From: Macrostomum hystrix | Lineage: Eukaryota; Animalia; Platyhelminthes | DNA length: 64,000 bases | NCBI GenBank assembly: GCA_950097015.1 | Contig: CATNEN010000002.1 | Span: 248,001-312,000, forward strand | Direction of reading: 5' to 3' | Shown: positions 11,966 through 54,391 of the stretch, one piece after another | Layout of the letters: each line of letters begins with the position of its first letter | Position numbering within the stretch: position 1 is the first letter of the stretch | Program-made: the position numbers and the translations under genes | The notes under the pieces: generated by a model | The model's input: the letters and a program-made list of their open reading frames with translations, nothing else | Databases searched by the model: none | Told to the model about the DNA's origin: nothing

Positions 11966-13967
11966 ATGCCCAAACAATTGGAGTTTATAAAACAGCTGAT
12001 AAGCCGCAAAGGCAAATGCTATGACGTCGCTAAACGGCAAAAGTCGCTTGAGAAAGAGCTCGCCGCGTCTGATCGATTCCAGTCAATGGTAAGTGAAAGT
12101 GAAAGGCATACTTTTACTAATAACTGCCCTGTCTCTACCATATTGCCCTGTCTCTACCATACTGCCCTGTCTCTACTCTACCAATAACTGCAATTTCTCT
12201 ACTCAGACTGATGCGTCACAGCCCGGCTTAGCTGAGCAGCCGCCCGCCGCAGCTCAGCAGCCACTCGCCGCAGCTCATCAGCCGCCCACTGCAGCTCAGC
12301 AACCGCCCACTGCAGCTCAGCAACCGCCCACTGCAGCTCAGCAACCGCCCACTGCAGCTCAGCAACCGCCCACTGCAGCTCAGCAGCCGCCCACTGCAGC
12401 TCAGCAACCGCCCACTGCAGCTCAGCAACCGCCCACTGCAGCTCAGCATGCTCAGCTCCAGCTCAGCTCCTGCTCAGCTCCAGCTCAACTCAGGATGGGG
12501 TTCCTGAATTTCTTCTGCACAAAAGAGCCCTCCAGATTCTGTGTGCTTCTGTTAAGCTTAACACGCATCAGCTGACTGCCGGCCCAATGGCAGAGAAGGC
12601 GGTACAGTGCGACATCTGCGGCGAGTGGCGCAACGACACAAGCTTAGAAAAAATACTATCTTGAATTCCTATCCTCACAGGACAGTGACATACCTTGCCG
12701 TTGGGATGGTGATCTGCTTCGGCGATGGCAACGCCAACCGCAAGGTGTGGCCTCGACCTGTCTCATCTCCGACGCCCGGCGCTGGCTTAAAGCCCCAACG
12801 AGCCGTTGAAGGTAAAGACACACAAGTCAAACGGAAAGCACGGATCGGCTTGGGCCAGCGTCACGCCGTGCGCTGATCTGCTGATGCAGCTGCTGGCCCA
12901 GCGATCCGCAGAAGGCCCAAAGGACGAAGACCTGGCGCTCGTCTTCCCCTACGGCTCGTTTGACCGCCTTTTTTATCAGTACCGAGAGCGATACTTGCCA
13001 TTACTAAAAAATGTGACAATGTCAAAATTTCGGACGTGGCTGGAAATTATGGGCCTCGAAAATTCATCTGCGGAGGAGCAGCGGCTGATGGCCGACCACC
13101 AAAACCATACCGAAAGTGTTCAGCGCCAGTTTTAGCAGGTAAGATTTGCAACATTCTATACAAAAACCTTGCCAATTTTTTTAGCTAATAAGGCCTCATT
13201 TTTTAGGATTAACTTATCAAGATTAATATTATTGATTAATCGGCTCTGCTGGCACATCAAAAGCTGCAGCAGATGCCGCGCACAAGGAGCCTCCGCCATG
13301 CAGATGGCAGAAAAAAACGGCGCAAACAAAAAGGCAAAAGTGACCGGCTGCTGCCACTGGCGTCACCACTACTTCCGCTGGCGCCGACCTGCCTGTCGCT
13401 GGCGCCAACCTGCCTGCCACCGCTACTCCACTGCTTGAATTTTCATTCAGCTCGGACAATCTTAACGGATTATTGGATGAAATGTACGAGAACATTTACG
13501 GCGCTGACGATGCTGGAGCTACTGATGTCTCTGCTTCCGGCGTCCTACCTGGCGCCAACCTGCCTGCCGCAGGCGCCGACCTGCCTGCCGCTGGTGCCAA
13601 ACTGAGTGCCGCTGGTGCCAAACTGCCTGCCGCTGGTGCCAAACTGCCTGCCGCTGATGCCAAACTGCCTGCCGCTGGTGCAAAACTGCCTGCCGCTGGT
13701 GCCAAACTGCCTGCCGCTGGTGCCAAACTGCCTGCCGCTGGTGCCAAACTGCCTACCGCTGGTGCCAAACTGCCTGCCGCTGGTGCAAAACTGCCTGCCG
13801 CTGGCGCCGACCTGCCTGCCGCTGGGGCAAAACTGCCTGCCGCTGGTGCCAAACTGCCTGCCGCTGGTGCCAACCTGCCTGCCGTTGGCGCTGTAGTCGA
13901 CTCTGCTAAGCCGCCGGGTAACCGCGTGGCTCGAAAGCGACCTCCACAGTTCAGTGCCAGCATATAG
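11966..13967 (+). pseudogene. Degenerate spliced tyrosine-recombinase gene (Crypton-like) with 21-bp coding repeats
   Basis: Phase-0 intron 12089-12206 (gtaagt...ctcag). With two -1 frameshifts (~12745, ~12800) it reads GNANRK-GVASTCLISD...LKVKTHKSNGKHGSA...VFPYG...TMSKFRTW...EEQRLMADHQNHTESVQRQF*. This order matches YR motifs R...HK...xxxR...H...Y, with TAG (13133-13135) at the expected Tyr. Repeats QQPPTAA (12230-12445) and AGAKLPA (13540-13890). Confidence 0.6.
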
Positions 13968-14154
13968 CAGTCAATTTTCTTTAATTTTGTTTTTGATTTG
14001 ATTACTTTGGAATTAAAAAATATTCATTTGGAACTGTAGAAAGGCAGACAATCATTTCTACTTGCAGTAGCCTAAAAAGAATGCTTCATTGTGTCATAGT
14101 TGAGTGACTTATAATTCGAGTGTTGGATATATTTTTCTTGGTGTCATGATACAA

Positions 14155-14708
14155 ACTCACCCATCTCACCCTCTCCCATCTCACCCTCTCCCATCTCACC
14201 CTCTCCCATCTCACCCTCACCCATCTCACCCTCACCCATCTCACCCTCTCCCATCTCACCCTCTCCCATCTCACCCTCTCCCATCTCACCCTCACCCATC
14301 TCACCCTCACCCATCTCACCCTCTCCCATCTCACCCTCTCCCATCTCACCCTCACCCATCTCACCCTCTCCCATCTCACCCTCTCCCATCTCACCCTCAC
14401 CCATCTCACCCTCTCCCATCTCACCCTCACCCATCTCACCCTCACCCATCTCACCCTCTCCCATCTCACCCTCTCCCATCTCACCCTCTCCCATCTCACC
14501 CTCTCCCATCTCACCCTCTCCCATCTCACCCTCTCCCATCTCACCCTCACCCATCTCACCCTCTCCCATCTCACCCTCTCCCATCTCACCCTCACCCATC
14601 TCACCCTCTCCCATCTCACCCTCACCCATCTCAGCCTCTCCCATCTCACCCTCACCCATCTCAGCCTCTCCCATCTCACCCTCACCCATCTCACCCTCAC
14701 CCATCTCA
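14155..14708. repeat. 15-bp minisatellite (CCATCTCACCCTC(T/A)C)n, mirror of 4543-5219
   Basis: Direct reading. Confidence 0.95.
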
Positions 14709-15264
14709 CTTACTGGTGCAAAAGCAGTGACGTAATCCAATTTAATTGAGAGTACCGGCCGTCTGTGCTACTATAAAACTACGGGCCAGAAAGAAAAAGC
14801 AGCGATGCAATCTGATAAAACTGACACTGTCTGGCTCTATTCGAAAGATAAAAAGTTCGCTTGTACCCTAAAAGTATAGCAGAAAATGTCTGCCTTTTCG
14901 TATATTAAATGCCTTTAGAATGACGTAAATATACCAATCCTATAAAGGTTAGCTAGATTATATTTTAAACAGACTTTTCTGACTATGTAATAAATTATGA
15001 ACGAGCGCGTAGTACTATATACATACGCTCGTATAGTCCTAGATATTTACGGCCAAAAATTGACAGCCGAATTGATTGCGCGTGTTTTCTGTCGAATATC
15101 ATTGCCGCAATCTGGGATATGATTGGTCTTAATTTAGCGTTTCAAGCTTGCTAAAATTTATGACTTGACAGACTGCATTGGGTACGGCTGTACTGCACTC
15201 TGGGGCATTTTGAACATATTTGCACAATGGCTTCTAGCTTAATGTACGAAATGAACAGTTTCAG

Positions 15265-15440
15265 GGGAGAAGCAGAGGGGAGAAACAGGGAGAGGCAGAG
15301 GGGAGAAGCTGGGAGAGACAGAGGGGAGAAACATGGAGAGACAGAGGGGAGAAACAGGGAGAGGCAGAGGGGAGAAACAGGGAGATGCAGAGGGGAGAAA
15401 TAGGGAAAGATAGAGGGAGAGACATGGCGGTGAGACAGGG
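15265..15440. repeat. Degenerate 23-bp purine repeat, mirror of 3920-4520
   Basis: GGGAGAAACAGGGAGAGGCAGAG units. Confidence 0.85.
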
Positions 15441-15839
15441 TGAGACAGATGGGAGATGTAAGCGAGCAGAATGGGAAAACTAGATGCTGGTTGAAACTAC
15501 TAAACTGAAAATAAAACTCACGTGAACATTTCAGTGTAAAGTTTGCAGACAGCTTCGTCAGCTGTCAATCAAATTTTTATTGACAGCTTCAGTTCCAGGG
15601 TTTGTTAGAGAAACACGATTTTAATCATCACCATGAGCATCTCACTAATTTACTCACTCACAATTTTTCAACTTGCTTCGTCTTATTTTGATGTCAATCC
15701 GAAATGCAGGATTTTCATAAGTTATAATTAAGGTGCGCAATGGGCAAATCTGACTAACTGAAGTGTCCGGTGGGACTAAATGAGCTACAAGAACTGCGAT
15801 GTCACATTGTAAAAGACAAAAAAGCCATTTCTTTATAGA

Positions 15840-16760
15840 GGGATAGAAGGGACAGAGGAAATAGAGGGGACAGAGGGGTCAAAGGGGACAGAGGACATAG
15901 AGGGGACAGAGGGGTCAGAGGGGTCAGAGGGGACAGAGGGGACAGAGGGGACAGAGGGACAGAGGGGACAGAGGGACAGAGGGACAGAGGGGACAGGGGT
16001 CAGAGGGACAGAGGGGACAGAGGGACAGAGGGATAGAGGGGACAGAGGGGACAGAGGACATAGAGGGGACAGAGGGGTCAGAGGGGTCAGAGGGGTCAGA
16101 GGGGACAGAGGGGACAGAGGGGTCGGAGGGGACAGAGGGGACAGAGTGATAGGGTACAGGGGACAGAGGGGACAGAGGGACAGAGGGGTCAGAGGGGACA
16201 GAGGGGACAGAGGGACAGAGGGACAGAGGGGTCAGAGGGACAGAGGGACAGAGGGGACAGAGGGACAGAGGGACAGAGGGGTCAGAGGGGACAGAGGGAC
16301 AGAGGGACAGAGGGGTCAGAGGGGACAGAGGGACAGAGGGACAGAGGGGACAGAGGGGACAGAGGGACAGAGGGACAGAGGGACAGAGGGACAGAGGGAC
16401 AGAGGGACAGAGGGGACAGAGGGACAGAGGGACAGAGGGACAGAGGGACAGAGGGACAGAGGGACAGAGGGACAGAGGGGACAGGGTACAGGGGACAGAG
16501 GGGACAGGGGACAGAGGGGACAGAGGGACAGAGGGGACAGAGGGACAGAGGGGACAGAGGGGACAGAGGGACAGAGGGACAGAGGGACAGAGGGGACAGA
16601 GGGACAGAGGGACAGAGGGACAGAGGGACAGAGGGACAGAGGGGACAGAGGGTCAGAGTGGACAGAGGGACAGAGGGACAGAGGGACAGAGGGGACAGAG
16701 GGGACAGAGGGACAGAGGGGACAGAGGGGACAGGGTACAGGGTACAGGGGGGACAGAGGG
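15840..16760. repeat. GA-rich (CAGAGGG(G)A)n tract, mirror of 2630-3480
   Basis: Direct reading. Confidence 0.95.
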
Positions 16761-17039
16761 GACCTATTGATGAGGCGAAGTGACGTGGCGGCAGTGCTGA
16801 TTGCTCAGCATTCTGAAAGTAAAATAAATCGTGCAATTAGTTAATCAAGATTTCAGGATTTTTAGTATAATCCTGACAGGAAACATTCCAGAACTATCGT
16901 GTGGGGGCGCTCGATTTGATTTAAAAACTGCCCAACCAAATTTGGCGTTGATCTTGGCAGAACGTGGGGCCGACTTTCCACCATTCGAAGATACCGTCAT
17001 ACAGCATCCTCAATGAAACAGTTGGGAATCTGAATTCTG

Positions 17040-17109
17040 ATTGGCTGCTCATCTTTATCCTTCCTCCTCCTGGAACTGGGGATTTTGTCCCACTGGCTAC
17101 TCTATAAAA
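17040..17109 (+). promoter_or_regulatory. Inverted CCAAT (ATTGG 17040-17044) and TATA box (17103-17109) of peptide gene B
   Basis: Mirror of 2283-2352. Confidence 0.55.
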
Positions 17110-17197
17110 GATCTTCCTTTATTGAGTGAGATCTTTCAATTTTCTTACTGGATAAAACTGACTTATTTTAATATCCCACAGTCGACAAAAATTGAGA

Positions 17198-18235
17198 ATG
17201 GCTTCGTGTGGAAAGTAAGTTTGTAAATTATGTTCCATATTTTTCCCGAACACCGGAGATTATAGAATTTTGAAAGTTCATTACCTGCTTTTTGGCCTGT
17301 TAATATATAGCTGTCTTCACAATAGTCCTCAGTATACTGTCATGGCCCTCAACTCCTACATCATTTAATGTGCCGCCCGCCCGCCCATCATTTCTTTAGT
17401 CCTTTGATGTGCCGCCCGCCCGCCCATCATTTCTTTAGTCCTTTGATGTGCCGCCCGCCCGCCCATCATTTCTTTAGTCCTTTGATGTGCCGCCCGCCCG
17501 CCCTTCATTTCTTCCATCCTTTGATGTGCCGCCCGCCCGCCCCTCATTTCTTTAATCCTTTGATGTGCCGCCCGCCCGCCCATCATTTCATCGATTGATC
17601 GTTTGATGTGCCGCCCGCCCGCCCATCATTTCTTTAATTCTTTGATGTGCCGCCCGCCCGCCCCTCATTTCATCGATCGATCCTTTGATGTTCTGCCTGC
17701 CCAGTCACCACTGATTTTTAAAATACTTTAATGTACTGCCCACTCCTCATTTATTTGTAGTGCCTGCAATGGAATCTTTTGATTTTACCGACACATCGCA
17801 ACCCTGGATTCCGCATTTAATAGATTCACTTGCCTGACAGCCTGCTTGTCTCTGGTGCTGCTGGCAGCTTTCGCGGCTCCGTCGAATTCCCTACCAACTG
17901 CCGGCGATGTTGAACGACGCGCCAGCTACTGGCCGGGCATGTGGAACTTTGCTCGGAACGGCGACGGAGCCGACTACGGAGCCGACTACGACGTTCGCGA
18001 CCGGTCCTCGAATCCTCGGTCCTCGGATGTTGGCAAGCACCACTTCCACTTTCCCGGCATGAGGGGCTACCATCGCTTTCCGTTTGGAGCCATGGCGATG
18101 AAGCGCGCTTACTTCTCCCGCGACTTCTACAACGATAGTCGCTATCGGTACTGGCTGGCCAAGGCGTGTGGCGTGTGGCGTGACAGATATGCCTGCCGAA
18201 TGCTGGGCGTCCCTGTCTTCCCAAGACTTAACTGA
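17198..18235 (+). CDS. Secreted neuropeptide-like precursor, copy B, 142 aa (exons 17198-17214 and 17824-18235)
   Basis: Same exon structure as copy A (gtaagt at 17215, tag ending 17823); 15-nt in-frame insertion (NPRSS) and 15 amino-acid replacements relative to A. Confidence 0.8.
17368..17690. repeat. 39-bp GC-box minisatellite in the intron of peptide gene B
   Basis: Mirror of 1741-2023. Confidence 0.9.
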
Positions 18236-19272
18236 CTTTACTGACTTGTGGACCAGTCTCTTGCTGCACTGGATACCAGAGGCGATTTGAGGGGCCATTG
18301 CTTCTGTAACTTTATGAACATTTCTCACGTCATTTTGATTACGCTTTAGGCCTGTTTGACTCCAATTCGTGTGAACTTTTAGTTGGATTGACAGCAACAC
18401 AGCAAAATGTTTGTCACCTGGGCTGCGTTCCCGCACCGTAACTTTGTTGTTGCTATGCGGTTGCTATGCAGTTGCTATGCAGTTGCTATGCAGTTGCTAT
18501 GCAGTTGCTATGCAGTTGCTATCCCCTGTTATCCAACTGATTTACCCAGTTGATATGCTATGCAGTGCACTGATCAAACCCTTTTTAATCAATGATTTGT
18601 GAATATTCTTACAATATATTCAACACACTCATCATTAATCAACAACACGTGGACTGCAAAATCTATAAGCATTCGCTCAGTGCATGCGTTGTGAGCAATG
18701 CTATTTCTGATAAAATAAATACAAAAACGTTAAAAGACATGCAGATATAAATATACGCAGGCTTTGAGTATTTGTCATTTACCTCTGTTGCAAGGAATAA
18801 TGCCAATTAAAAATATGGACAAAATTGTCATCTGTTCATCTCTTGGGCATTGTTCTCTAGCTTTTCTGTTGATTGTTTCCCGAGTTTCCGATCATTGGGC
18901 CCTAAGTTTCAACGCCATAGGTCACTCTGGTTTCCTTTTACTTTACTCAGTCATCTGGTTGTACTAATAGCTTTTAGTCATTGTTTTCTCAGTTTCCTGT
19001 AATTGTACTCATTGTTTACATTTTTTTTTCATTTCATTTCATTTTCATTCAACAAGTACTCATTGTACTCATTGTCATCTTTTCATTATACACATTGTTT
19101 TTTGTTCATTGTACTCAAAGTTTCTGGTCATTGTATCCTTGTCATTTGCATATTTTTCCAATCGAATATCAACATTGTGTTGTAACCATACAAAAGCTCA
19201 GCACCTTTCCTTGGTTTATTTTAAATATTTCCGACAAAGTTCCTAACAGTCATTAAAATTTAGATAGTGATG

Positions 19273-20519
19273 TGATACTCGTATATCGCTAATGATGTCG
19301 ACACTGATACTCGTATATCGCTAGTGATGTCCACTCTGATACTCGTATATCGCTAATGATGTCGACACTGATACTCGTATATCGCTAGTGATGTCCACTC
19401 TGATACTCGTATATCGCTAATGATGTCGACACTGATACTCGTATATCGCTAATGATGTCGACACGGATACTCGTATATCGCTAATGATGTCGACACTGAT
19501 ACTCGTATATCGCTAATGAAGTCGACACTGATACTCGTATATCGCTAATGATGTCGACACTGATACTCGTATATCGCTAATGATGTCGACACGGATACTC
19601 GTATATCGCTAATGATGTCGACACTGATACTCGTATATCGCTAATGATGTCGACACTGATACTCGTATATCGCTAATGATGTCGACACTGATACTCGTAT
19701 ATCGCTAATGATGTCGACACTGATACTCGTATATCGCTAATGATGTCGACACTGATACTCGTATATCGCTAATGATGTCGACACTGATACTCGTATATCG
19801 CTAATGAAGTCGACACTGATACTCGTATATCGCTAGTGATGTCGACACTGATACTCGTATATCGCTAATGATGTCGACACGGATACTCGTATATCACTAA
19901 TGAAGTCGACACTGATACTCGTATATCGCTAGTGATGTCGACACTGATACTCGTATATCGCTAATAATGTCGACACTGATACTCGTATATCGCTAATGAT
20001 GTCGACACTGATACTCGTATATCGCTAGTGATGTCGACACTGATACTCGTATATCGCTAATGATGTCGACACGGATACTCGTATATCACTAATGATGTCG
20101 ACACTGATACTCGTATATGGCTAATGATGTCGACACTGATACTCGTATATCGCTAATGATGTCGACACTGATACTCGTATATCGCTAATGATGTCGACAC
20201 TGATACTCGTATATCGCTAGTGATGTCGACACTGATACTCGTATATCGCTAATGATGTCGACACGGATACTCGTATATCACTAATGATGTCGACACTGAT
20301 ACTCGTATATGGCTAATGATGTCGACACTGATACTCGTATATCGCTAATGATGTCGACACTGATACTCGTATATGGCTAATGATGTCGACACTGATACTC
20401 GTATATCGCTAATGATGTCGACACTGATACTCGTATATCGCTAATGATGTCGACACTGATACTCGTATATCGCTGATGATGTCGACACTGATACTCGCAT
20501 ATCGCTAATGATGTCGACA
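19273..20519 (-). repeat. 32-bp satellite, reverse complement of 1-457
   Basis: About 39 units of ATCGCTAATGATGTCGACACTGATACTCGTAT. Confidence 0.97.
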
Positions 20520-20769
20520 TTACTCAAATTATATGCATGCTGACACGTGCTCAAGATCATTACAAAATCTTCAAGGCTAGTCAAATATTGTAGTTTAGTC
20601 TAGTACTGGGGCCTAAATGTTTCACTAATGGTTGGCCCCTACTAACTTTGAAGCGGCTTCAAAAATGGCGGGCCATTTTTGAAAATATGATTTTACTAAT
20701 TTAAACAATTTTAAGTACATCTATACTTAATGTTAGAGTACTATACACTTATACCTTACCTATCTCTCT

Positions 20770-20925
20770 CTTCATCTTTCTATGCCTCCCTTCATCTATC
20801 TATGCCTCCCTTCATCTATCTAAGCCTCCCTTCAACTATCTATGTCTCCCTTCAACTATCTATGTCTCCCTTCAACTATCTATGTCTCCCTTCAACTATC
20901 TATGTCTCCCTTCAACTATCTATGT
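20770..20925. repeat. 20-bp minisatellite (TCTATGTCTCCCTTCAACTA)n
   Basis: Direct reading. Confidence 0.9.
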
Positions 20926-21206
20926 CTCAGCTTTAACTCTTTACAGCGTCAGTGCCTGGGATTGGAGGTGCTCTCCTCTCTCTCCCTCTCTCTACTTCTC
21001 CCTCCCTCTCTCTCCACTCTCCCTCTATGTCCCTCTCTTTTCTTCTCTCTCCCTCACTCTCCTCTCTCCTTCTCTCTCCCTCTCTCTCAGCACCGGCGTC
21101 TCGTACGACCGAGTCAGTGCCACGGAGTTGAGTGAGTGTGGATTGAGTTGCGGGGCGCTGCCGAATCGATTACGATATGTTGAGATTGAAAGCTGGATTT
21201 GAACAA

Positions 21207-21315
21207 GCGCCTATAGCCTAATGGCTAGAGCGCTAGGCTAGACTCTACTGATGAGCTCCAATAAGAGCGAAACGCGTCTGGAGTTGCCTTGGTTCGAATC
21301 CTGATTTCATTTTTT
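21207..21315 (+). ncRNA. Minimal type I hammerhead ribozyme (21242-21284) between Pol III A and B boxes, followed by T6
   Basis: Stem I ACTCTA/TGGAGT, core CTGATGA, stem II GCTC-caataa-GAGC, GAAA, palindromic CGCG, GTC cleavage triplet (cut after 21278). A box TAGCCTAATGG 21214-21224, B box GGTTCGAATCC 21291-21301, TTTTTT 21310-21315. Confidence 0.8.
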
Positions 21316-22060
21316 CGATACATATCGGAATCTATTCCAAAATTAGAATTTGAAATTCAATGGGCAGTGTCCTCTCTCCTCTCTCCCGCTCTCTCTCCAC
21401 TCTCTCTCTCTCCCTCCAATAATGAGCTCCAATAAAAACCTGTTAAAGAGAGTTATGTAGAAAATACTGATAACAGAAAGCAACCTTTTAAAATATTTTA
21501 AAAGCCAAAACTGAAACAAAAAACAACAGTTCGATAAACATGGCGTCCAATAAGCGCAAATCTATTTATTGTTTGAGTTCGGTACGATTTAGCTTGAACC
21601 ACGTCAATAAGAAACGATAGGTAAACATTGTCAATGGTAAATATGATTGATGCGTAATTTTTGTTGATCACCAGAGCTAGGAATTTTAGTTTAATATAAA
21701 AAAGGTAAATAATTGCGAAGAGGACAAGTTAGACAATAATATTGTTTAATTATTAATAAGCATTTTAAAATGGAACAAACCCTTTTGCTGAATCGCTTAA
21801 TAATACTCAAAAAACATGCAGAAGGCATTCGAATGTTTAAGCGAAAGCTCTATATAGATTTTTCTATTAAAAAACTGAAATAAAATATTTGTTTGCTGTC
21901 TAGAAAAAGAAATAATTTTGTTGAAAGCAAAATACTTCTTAGCAAAGCATATTTATGCAATTGTCCAAAACAAACACACTCAATCAAATGTCATATTGTC
22001 AATCAATAGTCAGTCTGTCTAGCTTAGTTAAATTAAAGTCGGACATCTTCCATTAGTCAA

Positions 22061-53812
<31,752 letters not shown>

Positions 53813-54391
53813 GACTTAGTTTTCAAGACTTAAGTCAGTCTTAAAACGACAAGTAATTTTTTTGACGTGTCGATACTAAGAACTTATATTAGTTCCAACA
53901 ATACAAGTTCTTTGCTTCGAAATGTGAACGCGCGAGCGATGCTATATTTAGTGACTAAATTTAAATAAGTGCGTAATGATAACATAAGGAGTTCATGCAA
54001 CAATCAGAATAACAAAAATGTTTTGCAGTTTAAAGCTTTTTTAACAAAAATACTGAAACTTTGGCTATAAAACAATATTTATCAGGTACAAAAAATTTTC
54101 TTTCAGCGAGCTTTTGTTATTTAAGTATTGGACTAACGATTCAGCTACAATTTCGAAGTTGGATATAGTAAATTCCAAATTCCAATGAACAGTAATTCAT
54201 TTCTTCCTCTTACAAATACTGTTTGAATTGTGGGATTTAAACACGCTTTTAGACATTATATTTTTTTCTGTAACTTAGCTTGGCTTATATTAAGCCATCA
54301 ATTGTTATTGAAGCTTAAAAATGAAGGAAGTGTGCGTTTGAAATAGGGTTATCGAGTTTTCTTGATCATACTATGTGCAAGGACTCTTATA

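Larger units (their letters stand above)
1..20519. repeat. Giant imperfect inverted repeat: left arm <=1-~5220, right arm ~14155-20519, spacer ~5220-14155
   Basis: Modules occur in mirror order and opposite strand: 32-bp satellite, unique 580-1200 vs 18240-18930, peptide gene, 39-bp minisatellite, unique 2030-2630 vs 16760-17360, CT-rich tract, unique 3600-3920 vs 15515-15835, 23-bp repeat, 15-bp repeat. Spurious ORFs 2376-2561(-) and 16831-17016(+) translate identically. Confidence 0.95.

Noticed and set aside
11700-14150. Terminal inverted repeats bounding the YR pseudogene
   Set aside because: Only weak AGTCACT-type similarity between ~11725 and ~14105; not enough to define element ends.
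21207-21315. Functional tRNA gene
   Set aside because: No 3' acceptor strand pairs with GCGCCTA, the T stem is weak and no anticodon loop exists. Kept only as Pol III boxes around a ribozyme. SINE heads elsewhere were rejected as tRNAs for the same reason.
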